Shown here one piece after another: positions 30,165-39,791 of a DNA stretch of 64,000 nt (positions are counted from its first letter, which is position 1; every line of letters begins with the position of its first letter). The position numbers were made by a program, and so were the translations under genes. The notes below the pieces were generated by a model. The model searched no databases. It saw only the letters and a list, made by a program, of their open reading frames with translations, and was not told where the DNA came from. This DNA comes from Tissierellaceae bacterium. GTDB lineage: Bacteria; Bacillota; Clostridia; Tissierellales; Tissierellaceae. The DNA lies in NCBI GenBank assembly GCA_018434075.1, contig JAHDQA010000011.1, positions 735 through 64,734 of the forward strand. Reading direction: 5' to 3'.

Positions 30165-30659
30165 ATGTTTAATATGTTTAAGAAAGAAATAAGTAATGAG
30201 GTTGTTATTAAATCTCCAATTACTGGGAAAATTGTTAAAATTGAAGATGTGCCAGATAAAGTTTTTTCTGGTAAATTAGTCGGAGATGGAGTAGCCATAT
30301 TGCCCGATGGCGAATTTGTTTACGCTCCTTTTGATGGAGAGATAGTACAGATTGCACCTCAAAAGTATGCACTGGGGTTAAGAAACAAACAGAATGTTGA
30401 AATACTGATACATTTAGGCATAGATACAGTCAACTTAAAAGGCGAAGGATTTGAAGTTTATGTTAGTAAAAGTCAAAAAGTTAAAACTGGTGACAAACTG
30501 ATTAAGGCGGATTGGCCATTTATTTCAAAGAATGTAAAGTCGACAATTTCTCCTATAGTAATAACAAATATGGAAGTAGTTAAAGAAATAAAAATTACAG
30601 AAGCTGAATATGTAAATGCAGGAGATGATCTTTTTACAATCATCTTAAACGATAGATAA
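30165..30659 (+). CDS. PTS EIIA, glucose family (Crr-like)
   Basis: Motifs FSGKLVGDGVAI and ILIHLGIDTVNLKGEGF, containing the two conserved His. The ORF opens at TTG 30162. Confidence 0.85.
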   Translation: MFNMFKKEISNEVVIKSPITGKIVKIEDVPDKVFSGKLVGDGVAILPDGEFVYAPFDGEIVQIAPQKYALGLRNKQNVEILIHLGIDTVNLKGEGFEVYVSKSQKVKTGDKLIKADWPFISKNVKSTISPIVITNMEVVKEIKITEAEYVNAGDDLFTIILNDR

Positions 30660-30671
30660 CTATATAAACAA

Positions 30672-30699
30672 AAAATCGAGTATATCGCTACTCGATTTT
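30672..30699 (+). terminator. Rho-independent terminator after the EIIA gene
   Basis: 11-bp stem AAAATCGAGTA/TACTCGATTTT with a 6-nt loop and a T-rich tail. Confidence 0.75.
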
Positions 30700-30743
30700 A
30701 TTTTGCTTAAAATAGGGTATCATAGTCTAAAGGGGGCATTCAA

Positions 30744-31910
30744 ATGAGATTATTGATTAAAAATGCGAGAGTTATAACTCCATATGAAATTTTAAATGAT
30801 AAAAGTGTAATAGTTGAAGATGGCAAGATAATTGATATTACTTCTGAGGAAGTATCTCCAGAAGATTTTTTGGAAGTTATCGATGCTAAATCAAATTATC
30901 TTTCACCAGGATTTATTGATATTCACAATCATGGAAATTCTGGTTATGATTTCATGGATGCAAATTTTGATGCTTTTGATGAAATTTCGAAATTCCACTT
31001 AAAAAATGGGGTTACTTCATATCTGTTAACTACTATTACATCGAAGCATGAAGATTTAATCAATGTATTAAATGCGGGTAGTGAATATATTGACTCTGAT
31101 ATGAGGTATTCAAATATGGTTGGCATATATTTAGAAGGACCATATTTTTCTAAAGAAAAGAAAGGTGCTCAACCAGAAAAATACCTTAAAAATCCAACAA
31201 TAGAAGAAATAGATGAATTCATAAAAGCTTCAAATAATCACTTGAAAGTTGTTTCAATTGCACCCGAGATGGAAAATTCATTTGGTGCAATTAGATATTT
31301 GAAAGAAAAAGGAATTAAAGTAGCTTTGGGGCATACAAATTCAACTTTCGACATCGCAAGAAAAGCTATTGATTCAGGAGCAACCATAGCCACGCATCTT
31401 TACAATGGGATGAGATCATTTAGCCATAGGGAGCCTGGAATAATCGGTGCTGCTTTAACTGATGAGAGAGTCAAATGTGAATTAATAGCCGATATGATCC
31501 ATATCCATAAAGCAGCCTTAAAACTTGCCATAGATGTGAAAGGTTTTGACTCTATAATTCTAATATCAGATGCAATGATGGCAGCAGGCAAAGCTGATGG
31601 AATGTATAAATTGGGTGGACAAGATGTTACAGTCAAGGAAGGAAAGGCTATATTGAAGGATGGCACGATTGCAGGTTCTACTTTGACACTAGATAGAGCA
31701 GTGTTTAATCTTGTGCATCATGTAGGTATAAAATTAAGCGATGCTGTTCGAATGGCTAGTTTGTCAGCTGCTAAAGCGATCGGTATGGATGATAGGAAGG
31801 GAAGTATAGAGATCGGAAAAGATGCCGATATGATTGTATTTGACGAAAAATTGAACATTTTGAACACTATTGTGAATGGCGAAATCCGATATTATAGGGT
31901 GATGCAATAG
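30744..31910 (+). CDS. nagA: N-acetylglucosamine-6-phosphate deacetylase
   Basis: 388 aa. Motifs SPGFIDIHNHG, HLYNGM and ISDAM. Confidence 0.9.
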   Translation: MRLLIKNARVITPYEILNDKSVIVEDGKIIDITSEEVSPEDFLEVIDAKSNYLSPGFIDIHNHGNSGYDFMDANFDAFDEISKFHLKNGVTSYLLTTITSKHEDLINVLNAGSEYIDSDMRYSNMVGIYLEGPYFSKEKKGAQPEKYLKNPTIEEIDEFIKASNNHLKVVSIAPEMENSFGAIRYLKEKGIKVALGHTNSTFDIARKAIDSGATIATHLYNGMRSFSHREPGIIGAALTDERVKCELIADMIHIHKAALKLAIDVKGFDSIILISDAMMAAGKADGMYKLGGQDVTVKEGKAILKDGTIAGSTLTLDRAVFNLVHHVGIKLSDAVRMASLSAAKAIGMDDRKGSIEIGKDADMIVFDEKLNILNTIVNGEIRYYRVMQ

Positions 31911-31962
31911 GATATTTAATTTTGGCAGTAATTATTGTAGACTAAAACATGACTACTTTTGA

Positions 31963-31991
31963 TTGAAATTAATCGTTTCTATTAATATAAT
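31963..31991 (+). promoter_or_regulatory. Consensus-like sigma-A promoter of the mtl operon
   Basis: TTGAAA (31963-31968), 17-nt spacer, TATAAT (31986-31991). Confidence 0.6.
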
Positions 31992-32022
31992 TATATTAAA
32001 GTAATGAAGAGGAGGTACCAAA

Positions 32023-33444
32023 ATGTCAGATATGTCTAGTAGTCTACAAAATTCAGCTGGTGGGAAAGGACAAAACATTCAAAGATTTGGCAGAGTTTTA
32101 AGCGGCATGGTAATGCCAAACATAGGTGCATTCATCGCTTGGGGTTTAATAACGGCGATATTCATTCCTACTGGTTGGTGGCCAAACGAAAAATTAGCAT
32201 CACTAGTCGGACCAATGATAACATATTTGCTTCCATTGCTAATTGGTTATACTGGAGGTAAAAATGTTGCAGGACAAAGAGGTGCAGTTATCGGCGCAAT
32301 AGCTACTATGGGCGTTATAGTAGGTGCAGATGTGCCAATGTTTTTAGGCGCTATGTTAGTTGGACCTTTGGCAGCTTATTTAATAAAAAAATTCGATAAA
32401 GCTATTGAAGGAAAGGTAAGAGCAGGATTTGAGATGTTGGTTGACAATTTCTCACTGGGTATCTTAGGGGCAATTCTTGCAATTTTAGCTTATTTAGCAA
32501 TCGGACCATTAGTAGAAGGACTAAATAATATTTTAAAATCTGGTGTAGAAGCAATAGTAAATGCTGGATTGTTGCCTTTAACATCTATTTTCATTGAACC
32601 GGGCAAAATTCTTTTCTTAAACAACGCTATTAATCATGGAGTATTGGGACCTATTGGTATTCAAGAAGCAGAAGAAGTTGGCAAGTCAATATTTTTCTTG
32701 CTTGAAACAAATCCTGGTCCTGGATTAGGCATATTGTTAGCATATTGGGTATTCTCAAAGGGATCGGTTAAACAATCAGCTCCTGGAGCTGTCATAATTC
32801 ACTTCTTAGGTGGAATACATGAAATTTATTTCCCATATGTATTGATGAATCCAATATTAGTGTTAGCAGTAATAGCAGGGGGAGCTAGTGGCGTATTGAC
32901 ATTTTCAATATTTAATGCAGGCTTAGTTGCAACTCCTTCACCAGGCAGCATAATTGCTTTAATGGCAATGACACCAAAAGGAAACTATTTAGGTGTATTA
33001 GCAGGGGTTGCTATATCTACCGCTGTATCATTCTTGGTAGCATCATACTTTGTAAAGAGAAGTTCAGATAAAGTAAGTGAGGAAGATTTATCTGGAGCAA
33101 AAGAAAAAGTAAAAGAGATGAAATACAAACCACAAGATAATACAGCTTCAAACGGTGCTTTGACAAATGTCAACAAAATAGTATTTGCATGTGATGCTGG
33201 TATGGGCTCAAGTGCAATGGGTGCGACCACTTTAAAAAACAAGCTCAAAAAAGCTGGTTTAGATATTGAAGTTATGCATTGTGCAATTGAAGAAATACCA
33301 TCGGATGCGAAAGTAATAATAACACACAAGAGCTTGACAGAAAGAGCTAGAGCAAAGGCACCAAATGCATATCATGTTTCTATTGACAATTTTATTAACA
33401 GCCCAGAATACGACAAACTGGTCGACAGACTATTAGGCAAATAA
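32023..33444 (+). CDS. mtlA: PTS mannitol-specific EIICB
   Basis: 473 aa. EIIC(Mtl) membrane domain plus C-terminal EIIB with [13 protein letters not shown]. Confidence 0.9.
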   Translation: MSDMSSSLQNSAGGKGQNIQRFGRVLSGMVMPNIGAFIAWGLITAIFIPTGWWPNEKLASLVGPMITYLLPLLIGYTGGKNVAGQRGAVIGAIATMGVIVGADVPMFLGAMLVGPLAAYLIKKFDKAIEGKVRAGFEMLVDNFSLGILGAILAILAYLAIGPLVEGLNNILKSGVEAIVNAGLLPLTSIFIEPGKILFLNNAINHGVLGPIGIQEAEEVGKSIFFLLETNPGPGLGILLAYWVFSKGSVKQSAPGAVIIHFLGGIHEIYFPYVLMNPILVLAVIAGGASGVLTFSIFNAGLVATPSPGSIIALMAMTPKGNYLGVLAGVAISTAVSFLVASYFVKRSSDKVSEEDLSGAKEKVKEMKYKPQDNTASNGALTNVNKIVFACDAGMGSSAMGATTLKNKLKKAGLDIEVMHCAIEEIPSDAKVIITHKSLTERARAKAPNAYHVSIDNFINSPEYDKLVDRLLGK

Positions 33445-33448
33445 TTGT

Positions 33449-33478
33449 GTAAGCAGCGGATTTTATTTCGCTGCTTAC
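33449..33478 (+). terminator. Stem-loop between mtlA and mtlR (partial terminator / processing signal)
   Basis: 10-bp stem GTAAGCAGCG/CGCTGCTTAC with a 10-nt loop and a short T tail, ending 10-19 nt before the mtlR start. Confidence 0.45.
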
Positions 33479-33487
33479 TTTAAAGAG

Positions 33488-35569
33488 GTGATAGTAGTGA
33501 TTTCAATTAAACTCACCCAAAGGCAAAGAGAGATTATAGAACTCTTAATCAAGGAAGATAGATTTTTTACTGTATCCGAGATAGGTAAGAAAATGAATGT
33601 GAGCAATAGGACAGTATCTAGAGAAATTAGGGATTTAGATTCATATTTAGACTACTTTTCGTGCTCGATTGATAGCCGATCGGGGAAGGGCATTCGATTT
33701 GTTGGAAGCGAACAGAGTAGAGGATTACTTTTGGAGAATATTAAAAAAAGTGGAGAAATCAAAAACTACACACAAAATCAAAGAATAGTTTATATATTGA
33801 CTGAACTCTTGAACGCAAGTGAACCATTAAAAATCAACAATTTTACTACTGAATTAAATGTTACTGAAGGAACAATAAGCCACGATTTGGATAAAGTCAG
33901 TGAAAGATTAGAGAAATATGGATGCAAGTTAGTTCGCAAACCTGGTGTTGGATTCTATGTAGATGCAAATGAATCTGACAAGAGGAGGGCAATAGTTGAT
34001 TTAATATATGAAAATATAGAAGAGACGGAACTGATTGATGTTATTAGAAATAAGGATAGATTGAGTGTAGAAACAAGGGAAAATCTTGTAAACTTGATAA
34101 GCAAAAACATATTGTATGAATTAGAGAAGTTATTAATTGACAATGAAAACAAACTAAAAACAACTTTAAATGATAGGGCATATATTGGTTTGCTCATACA
34201 TTTAGCAATTGCAATAGATAGAATAAATAAGGGTGAAAATATAATCATCGACAAAGATTATTTAAATATATTAAAAAAATGTGATGAATATATAGAAGCA
34301 GAGAAACTCTCAAAGGCAATTGGAGAAAAGTTTAACATTTCCATGCCTGAAGATGAAATAGGATATATCACAATGCACATAATAGGGAATGCGGGGACTA
34401 AAACTTCCCAGATAGATGATGAGATAATTAAAATCAGTTCGAGAATCCTGTCAAATGCTTATGGTGAATTGGGATTGAATGTAAAGATTGATAGGCAGTC
34501 TATAATTTGGTTAGCAACACATTTGCAGACAGCACTATATAGGATCAGAATGAATATGGAAATAAGAAATCCTCTTTTAGAGGAAATAAAAAACAATTAC
34601 ACAGAGATTTATAGAGTTGCTATAAAAGCAGTTAAACCTATTGAGATAGAACTCGGCACAAAGATACCTGATTCTGAAACAGCATATATAGCAATGCATA
34701 TTGGAGCATCGGTCGAAAGAAACAGAAAAAATACAATCAAATACGATGTACTTGTAGTATGCGCAACTGGAATGGGGACAGCTACACTTCTTTCTACAAG
34801 ATTACAAAATGAATATCAAAATTTAAATATAGTAGGTGTGGTTTCTTCATTGAACATTGAAGAAGTGCTAGAAACAAATAAAGATATTGATTTTATTATA
34901 TCCACTATTCCAATTGACTATGGGAAAATACCTTTAATAGTGGTTAACCCACTTTTGCTTAGTGATGATAAAAAGTTAATCGATGAGTTTTTAAAGGATT
35001 TCAATATAATCGACAAAGCTAAAGAGACAAGAGCATCAAGGTCAATAGCCAAAAAAGATCTGAATAGTTTAAAAGACTATTTGGATGCAATACTTGAAGT
35101 GCTTAACAATCTTTTTGTAGTAGACATTCTAGAGGCAGAAAGCATAAACTCATTGATTGATCATATAAGTAATACAATTGGTAGAAACGATACTGAAGTT
35201 TCAAATATAAAAGAAGGATTGCTTAAGAGAGAAAGCTTAGGCAGTACGGTATTAGATCAATATAATGCAATTTTGCTTCATGCAAAAACAGCAGGAGTTG
35301 ATCGGCTTATATTTGGGGCTATAAGACTTTTAAAGCCAATATATATAGAGAACGATGGAAATTCAAGTAAAATAGATTTAGCGATAATAATGCTTGCGCC
35401 AAAGGATATAAATAAGAATAAGCTAAGCGTGATGAGTTTTCTGAGTTCAAAAATTGTTGAAGACGAGAACTTTTTATTTACTTTAAGAAATTCCGAAAAA
35501 GGCATGATACATGAGTTGTTGGAAGAATATTTAAATGAATTTTATGAAAGAGTTCATTATGAAAATTAG
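33488..35569 (+). CDS. mtlR: Mannitol operon transcriptional activator (HTH-PRD-PRD-EIIB(Gat)-EIIA(Mtl))
   Basis: 693 aa with a BglG/MtlR layout and the EIIB-like motif VLVVCATGMGTA. The GTG at 33497 has better spacing to AGAGGTG than the ORF start at 33488. Confidence 0.85.
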   Translation: MIVVISIKLTQRQREIIELLIKEDRFFTVSEIGKKMNVSNRTVSREIRDLDSYLDYFSCSIDSRSGKGIRFVGSEQSRGLLLENIKKSGEIKNYTQNQRIVYILTELLNASEPLKINNFTTELNVTEGTISHDLDKVSERLEKYGCKLVRKPGVGFYVDANESDKRRAIVDLIYENIEETELIDVIRNKDRLSVETRENLVNLISKNILYELEKLLIDNENKLKTTLNDRAYIGLLIHLAIAIDRINKGENIIIDKDYLNILKKCDEYIEAEKLSKAIGEKFNISMPEDEIGYITMHIIGNAGTKTSQIDDEIIKISSRILSNAYGELGLNVKIDRQSIIWLATHLQTALYRIRMNMEIRNPLLEEIKNNYTEIYRVAIKAVKPIEIELGTKIPDSETAYIAMHIGASVERNRKNTIKYDVLVVCATGMGTATLLSTRLQNEYQNLNIVGVVSSLNIEEVLETNKDIDFIISTIPIDYGKIPLIVVNPLLLSDDKKLIDEFLKDFNIIDKAKETRASRSIAKKDLNSLKDYLDAILEVLNNLFVVDILEAESINSLIDHISNTIGRNDTEVSNIKEGLLKRESLGSTVLDQYNAILLHAKTAGVDRLIFGAIRLLKPIYIENDGNSSKIDLAIIMLAPKDINKNKLSVMSFLSSKIVEDENFLFTLRNSEKGMIHELLEEYLNEFYERVHYEN

Positions 35570-35588
35570 AAATTTGGAGGTCTAAAAA

Positions 35589-36068
35589 ATGGGGTTAAAT
35601 CTGTTTTCTAGTAAGAGCAAAAGAGCAGATGAAGGAAATGCAGATGTTTTATTGAAAGAGAATATTTTGTTAAATTTACCAAATATGGTTAAGTATGACG
35701 CTATTAGGTTTGCAGGAGAACTCTTAGTCAAGAGTGGCTGTGTTGATAAACCTTATATTGATGCCATGATTGAAAGGGAAAATGATTTAACCACATATAT
35801 TGGTAGTGGAGTGGCTATACCCCATGGAGTTGGAAAAGCAAAGGAATTTATTAAGAAATCAGGCATAGTTATCCTACAATTTCCTGATGGAGTTGACTTC
35901 GATGGTGAAAAAGCATATCTAGTGATTGGAATTGCTGGGAAAGGCGATGAGCATTTAAGCATTTTAGCCAACATCGCAACTATTATAAGCGAAGATGAAG
36001 AAAAGTTAAAAGAACTCACAAAAACTAATGATGTAGATTTTATTTATTCTACTTTTACAGCTAAATAA
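35589..36068 (+). CDS. mtlF: PTS mannitol-specific EIIA
   Basis: 159 aa. Phosphorylation-site motif GSGVAIPHG. Confidence 0.85.
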   Translation: MGLNLFSSKSKRADEGNADVLLKENILLNLPNMVKYDAIRFAGELLVKSGCVDKPYIDAMIERENDLTTYIGSGVAIPHGVGKAKEFIKKSGIVILQFPDGVDFDGEKAYLVIGIAGKGDEHLSILANIATIISEDEEKLKELTKTNDVDFIYSTFTAK

Positions 36069-36084
36069 AGAGGGAGGAAAAGAA

Positions 36085-37338
36085 ATGAAGACAAAAGCAG
36101 TAAGATTATACGGGGCTAATGATTTGAGATTGGAAGAATTTGAACTTCCTGAGATAAAAGATGATGAGATATTAGTTGAGATTATCTCTGACAGTATTTG
36201 CATGTCAACTTATAAATGTGCAATTTTAGGAGAAAAACATAAAAGAGTGCCTAAAGATGTATCTGAAAATCCAATAATTATTGGACATGAATTTGCAGGC
36301 AATATAGTAAAGGTCGGGAAAAAGTGGCAAGATCAATTTAAACCGGGTACTAAATTTGCGCAACAACCAGCTTTAAATTACAAAGGGAGCATGGCTTCTC
36401 CTGGATATTCATATATGTATTTTGGTGGAGATGCAACTTATGCGATAGTGCCGCCTGAAGTAATGGAATTGGGTTGTTTGATCAACTACAAAGGCGATGC
36501 ATATTATGAAGCAAGCTTAGCTGAACCTATGTCATGTATAATAGGTGCATATCATGCAACATATCATACAGAAATGGGAAAATACACTCATTTTATGGGA
36601 ATAAAAGACAAAGGTAATTTAGCTATACTGGCAGGTGCAGGTCCAATGGGTCTTGGAACTATTGATTATGCTTTACATGGAGATAAAAACCCTAAGCTTG
36701 TTGTGGTTACAGATGTAGACAGCAATAGACTAGAAAGAACAAGGGAAATTTTTGAGGACGAGGCAAAAAAATGCGGAATCAAGCTTATTTTTGTAAATAC
36801 AAAAGAAATAGCCGATCCTGACAATTATTTAATGGAAATTTCTGAAGGACATGGGTATGACGATGTATTCGCCATGGCACCTGTGAGAGAAGTAGTAGAA
36901 CAGGCTGACAGAATTCTCGCTAGAGATGGATGCTTGAATTTCTTTGCAGGACCTACTGATACTAATTTTAAAGGCGAAATCAACTTCTATAACGTCCACT
37001 ATAATTCAACTCATGTTATGGGGACAACAGGAGGAAATACAGACGACTTAATTGAGTCTTTAAAGCTTACTGAAAATAAAAAAATTAATCCAGCTTGTAT
37101 GGTTACTCATATAGGTGGATTAGACAGTGTCATTGATACTACTTTAAATCTACCAAAGATTCCAGGAGGCAAAAAATTAATCTATACTCAAATAAACATG
37201 CCATTGACAGCCATTGAAGACTTTAGGGAGAAAGCAAAAGAAGACAAGAGATTTGAAAAGCTTGCAGAAATAGTGGAAAACAACAAGGGATTATGGAGTG
37301 TTGAAGCAGAAAAATATTTGCTTGAAAATTTTAGATAG
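36085..37338 (+). CDS. Zinc-type medium-chain dehydrogenase/reductase (sorbose-1-phosphate-reductase-like), in the position normally held by mtlD
   Basis: 417 aa. MDR signatures are SDSICMSTYKC...IIGHEFAG (catalytic Zn ligands) and GAGPMGLG (NAD fold). There is no MtlD-family N-terminal Rossmann motif. Confidence 0.7.
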   Translation: MKTKAVRLYGANDLRLEEFELPEIKDDEILVEIISDSICMSTYKCAILGEKHKRVPKDVSENPIIIGHEFAGNIVKVGKKWQDQFKPGTKFAQQPALNYKGSMASPGYSYMYFGGDATYAIVPPEVMELGCLINYKGDAYYEASLAEPMSCIIGAYHATYHTEMGKYTHFMGIKDKGNLAILAGAGPMGLGTIDYALHGDKNPKLVVVTDVDSNRLERTREIFEDEAKKCGIKLIFVNTKEIADPDNYLMEISEGHGYDDVFAMAPVREVVEQADRILARDGCLNFFAGPTDTNFKGEINFYNVHYNSTHVMGTTGGNTDDLIESLKLTENKKINPACMVTHIGGLDSVIDTTLNLPKIPGGKKLIYTQINMPLTAIEDFREKAKEDKRFEKLAEIVENNKGLWSVEAEKYLLENFR

Positions 37339-37432
37339 ATATATTTAAATAGTGGTTGCTCTTTTATCACTAAAAGGTTAGAATATTTATTGAATGGATA
37401 ATAAGCAAATATTTAATAGAGAGGGTTATGGT

Positions 37433-37696
37433 ATGAAGAAATTAGAAGTAACACTTGAAAATGAAACCGGGTTACATGCTAGACCTGCAAGTCTTTTAGT
37501 TAAAGAGGCTTCAAAGTACAAGTCTAACATTACTATTGAATTAGATGGACAAGAATATGTTGCTAAAAGCATTATGTCTGTTTTGAGCATGGGAGCAGGG
37601 AAAGGTACTCATCTGATCTTCAAAGCAGAAGGTGAAGACGAAGAAGCTGCAATTGAAGGCATTAAAAAATTAATCGACCAAAATTTTGGAGAATAA
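37433..37696 (+). CDS. ptsH: Phosphocarrier protein HPr
   Basis: 87 aa with His15 in GLHARPAS and Ser46 in AKSIMSVLSMG. ATG at 37433 follows AGAGAGGG. The ORF is open from 37394. Confidence 0.9.
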   Translation: MKKLEVTLENETGLHARPASLLVKEASKYKSNITIELDGQEYVAKSIMSVLSMGAGKGTHLIFKAEGEDEEAAIEGIKKLIDQNFGE

Positions 37697-37722
37697 GAAA
37701 CGCACGATTTGTCGTGCGTTTT
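37697..37722. terminator. Bidirectional terminator after ptsH
   Basis: Stem AAACGCACGA/TCGTGCGTTT with loop TTTG and T-rich flanks. Confidence 0.8.
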
Positions 37723-37724
37723 CT

Positions 37725-38402
37725 TTAAAATAAATAACTTTCACCAACATCTAGGATCTTTGTTTCACTGTAGATATTTTTCTTTTTAAATTCTAATGGG
37801 TCTGCTTTTATAAGTGGGAACGTATTGTAGTGCATCGGGATAGAAAGTTTAGGTTCAATAAGTTTGACCGCTTTTACTGCATCGTCGATATCCATTGTAT
37901 AATTCCCACCGATTGGCAGAATTGCAATATCAATTCCGTCATCTCTTAATAGTTTCATATCCATTGAAAGCCCAGTGTCTCCAGCGTAATATATTTTTTT
38001 GCCGTTTATTTCCAATAGAAAACCACATGGATTGCCGCCATATAATACGCCTTTTTCTGTTTCAATAGATGAGCCATGAAGCGCTGGCGTTAGTTTAACA
38101 GTTCCAAAATCAAACTTGTAGCGACCTCCTATATGCATTGGGTGCGTATCAACACCAAAAGTAGAAAGATACCCAGCAATTTCTGCATTTGTAATTACCA
38201 ATGCATCATTTGCATTAGCTATGTCTATTGTATCGCCTAGGTGATCTTGATGGCCATGTGATACGAATATATGGGTTATGTTGTTGATGTCAGTGGGTAG
38301 AACTTTAGCTAAGGGATTGCCTGTTATAAAAGGGTCAAATATAGCCTTGAACCAGTCTGATTCTAATATAAATACCGAATGACTTAAATATGTTAGCTTC
38401 AT
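37725..38402 (-). CDS. UPF0173-type metal-dependent hydrolase (MBL fold)
   Basis: 225 aa. Motif FVSHGHQDHLGD. AAGGAGG RBS. Confidence 0.75.
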   Translation of the reverse strand: MKLTYLSHSVFILESDWFKAIFDPFITGNPLAKVLPTDINNITHIFVSHGHQDHLGDTIDIANANDALVITNAEIAGYLSTFGVDTHPMHIGGRYKFDFGTVKLTPALHGSSIETEKGVLYGGNPCGFLLEINGKKIYYAGDTGLSMDMKLLRDDGIDIAILPIGGNYTMDIDDAVKAVKLIEPKLSIPMHYNTFPLIKADPLEFKKKNIYSETKILDVGESYLF

Positions 38403-38473
38403 ATCTATTACCTCCTTAGGAAATTTATACCCTTAAATTTTCTCATTAATAAATTTTTTGAATATATCAAATA

Positions 38474-38502
38474 TTGACATCAAGAATTTAAAGGAATATA
38501 AT
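38474..38502 (+). promoter_or_regulatory. Perfect-consensus sigma-A promoter of the sugar ABC operon
   Basis: TTGACA (38474-38479), 17-nt spacer, TATAAT (38497-38502). Confidence 0.7.
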
Positions 38503-38517
38503 AATAGAGTATTTAGT

Positions 38518-38527
38518 CAAACGTTTG
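38518..38527 (+). promoter_or_regulatory. cre-like / LacI-family operator palindrome
   Basis: Perfect CG-centred palindrome CAAACGTTTG about 10-20 nt downstream of the predicted start site. Confidence 0.5.
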
Positions 38528-38567
38528 CACTTAAGGATGAAATCGGTTACAGAAAGGGGAGGAAAAA

Positions 38568-39710
38568 ATGCAAAAAAAGAAATTTTTTGCTATTGCAGCT
38601 GTTATGTTATTGGTATTAGCTACTTTAGCGGGATGTACTTCAGGCGGAAATAATGAAGAAAACACAGGTGAAAACAACGGAGGGGAGACATCGACAGGCC
38701 CAACTATTGGTGTTGTACTACCAACTAAAGATGAACCAAGATGGGTACAAGACGAAACTAGATTTAAAGAGGCATTAGCTGATACTGATTATTCAGTTGA
38801 AATTTTATTCAGCCAAGGTTCTTCAGCAAAAGAAAAAGAAAATGTTGAATCTTTGTTGACTAAGGGAATCAAAGTATTAATTATTTGTCCACAAGACGGC
38901 GAAGCAGCTGCAGCTGCAGCTGAAGCAGCTAAAGCTGAAGGCGTAACTGTAATTGCCTACGATAGATTGATAACAGGTACTGACGCTGTTGACTACTATG
39001 TAACATTCGATTCCGTTGCAGTTGGTCAAGCACAAGGACAATATTTAATTGATAAAGCAACTGGAACTGGAAATCCATTATATCTATATGCTGGAGCAGC
39101 ATCAGACAACAACTCTTTCTTATTTTTCGAAGGAGCTTGGAAAGTTCTTCAACCAAAGATTGCAGATGGAACTTTCGTAATAAAGAACTCATCAGAAGCT
39201 GTTGCATTACAAGATAAACAAGAACTAACAAGAGATGAAATGAGCAAGATCATTAGCCAAATAACTACTAACTGGGATTTCAATGAAGCTAAAAATAAAG
39301 CTGAAGCAAACTTAACTGCTGTAAGTGCAGCAGACAAAGGTGATGTATTTATACTTGCACCAAATGATGGTACAGCAAGATCAATAGCAGATGTATTTGC
39401 AGCTGATTCAGATGTTACTAGCTATGTAATTACTGGACAAGATGCTGAAAAAGCATCAGTACAATACATTATTGATGGAAAACAATCCATGACAGTATTC
39501 AAAGATGTCAGAACTCTAGTAAAAGATTCAATAGCTATGGCAGTTTCAGTACTTGAAGGGAAAACACCAGAAACAACTGGATCATACGATAACAATGTAA
39601 AAGATGTTCCTGCAAAACAAACAGAAGTAATAGTAGTAGATAAAGAAAATGTTAAAGAAGCATTGATTGATTCTGGCTACTATGATGCATCTGAATTTAC
39701 AGGACTATAA
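38568..39710 (+). CDS. Sugar ABC transporter substrate-binding lipoprotein (ChvE / multiple-sugar type)
   Basis: Lipobox LAGC, a Gly/Asn/Glu-rich linker and a type-I sugar-binding fold. Confidence 0.75.
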   Translation: MQKKKFFAIAAVMLLVLATLAGCTSGGNNEENTGENNGGETSTGPTIGVVLPTKDEPRWVQDETRFKEALADTDYSVEILFSQGSSAKEKENVESLLTKGIKVLIICPQDGEAAAAAAEAAKAEGVTVIAYDRLITGTDAVDYYVTFDSVAVGQAQGQYLIDKATGTGNPLYLYAGAASDNNSFLFFEGAWKVLQPKIADGTFVIKNSSEAVALQDKQELTRDEMSKIISQITTNWDFNEAKNKAEANLTAVSAADKGDVFILAPNDGTARSIADVFAADSDVTSYVITGQDAEKASVQYIIDGKQSMTVFKDVRTLVKDSIAMAVSVLEGKTPETTGSYDNNVKDVPAKQTEVIVVDKENVKEALIDSGYYDASEFTGL

Positions 39711-39729
39711 AATTTAATATTAGTTAGGT

Positions 39730-39756
39730 ATAGTGAAAGTCTATGACTTTCACTAT
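39730..39756 (+). other. Intra-operon stem-loop after the binding-protein gene
   Basis: Perfect 12-bp stem ATAGTGAAAGTC/GACTTTCACTAT with a 3-nt loop and no long T-run. Such hairpins typically give differential SBP:ATPase expression. Confidence 0.6.
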
Positions 39757-39791
39757 TTCCTTATTGACTTATTAAAAGAGGAGTTGTTTTT

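Noticed and set aside
38901-38940. Repetitive GCAGCT/GAAGCAGCT tract.
   Set aside because: It is in frame within the binding-protein gene and simply encodes an Ala/Glu-rich stretch (EAAAAAAEAAKAE). It is not a repeat element.
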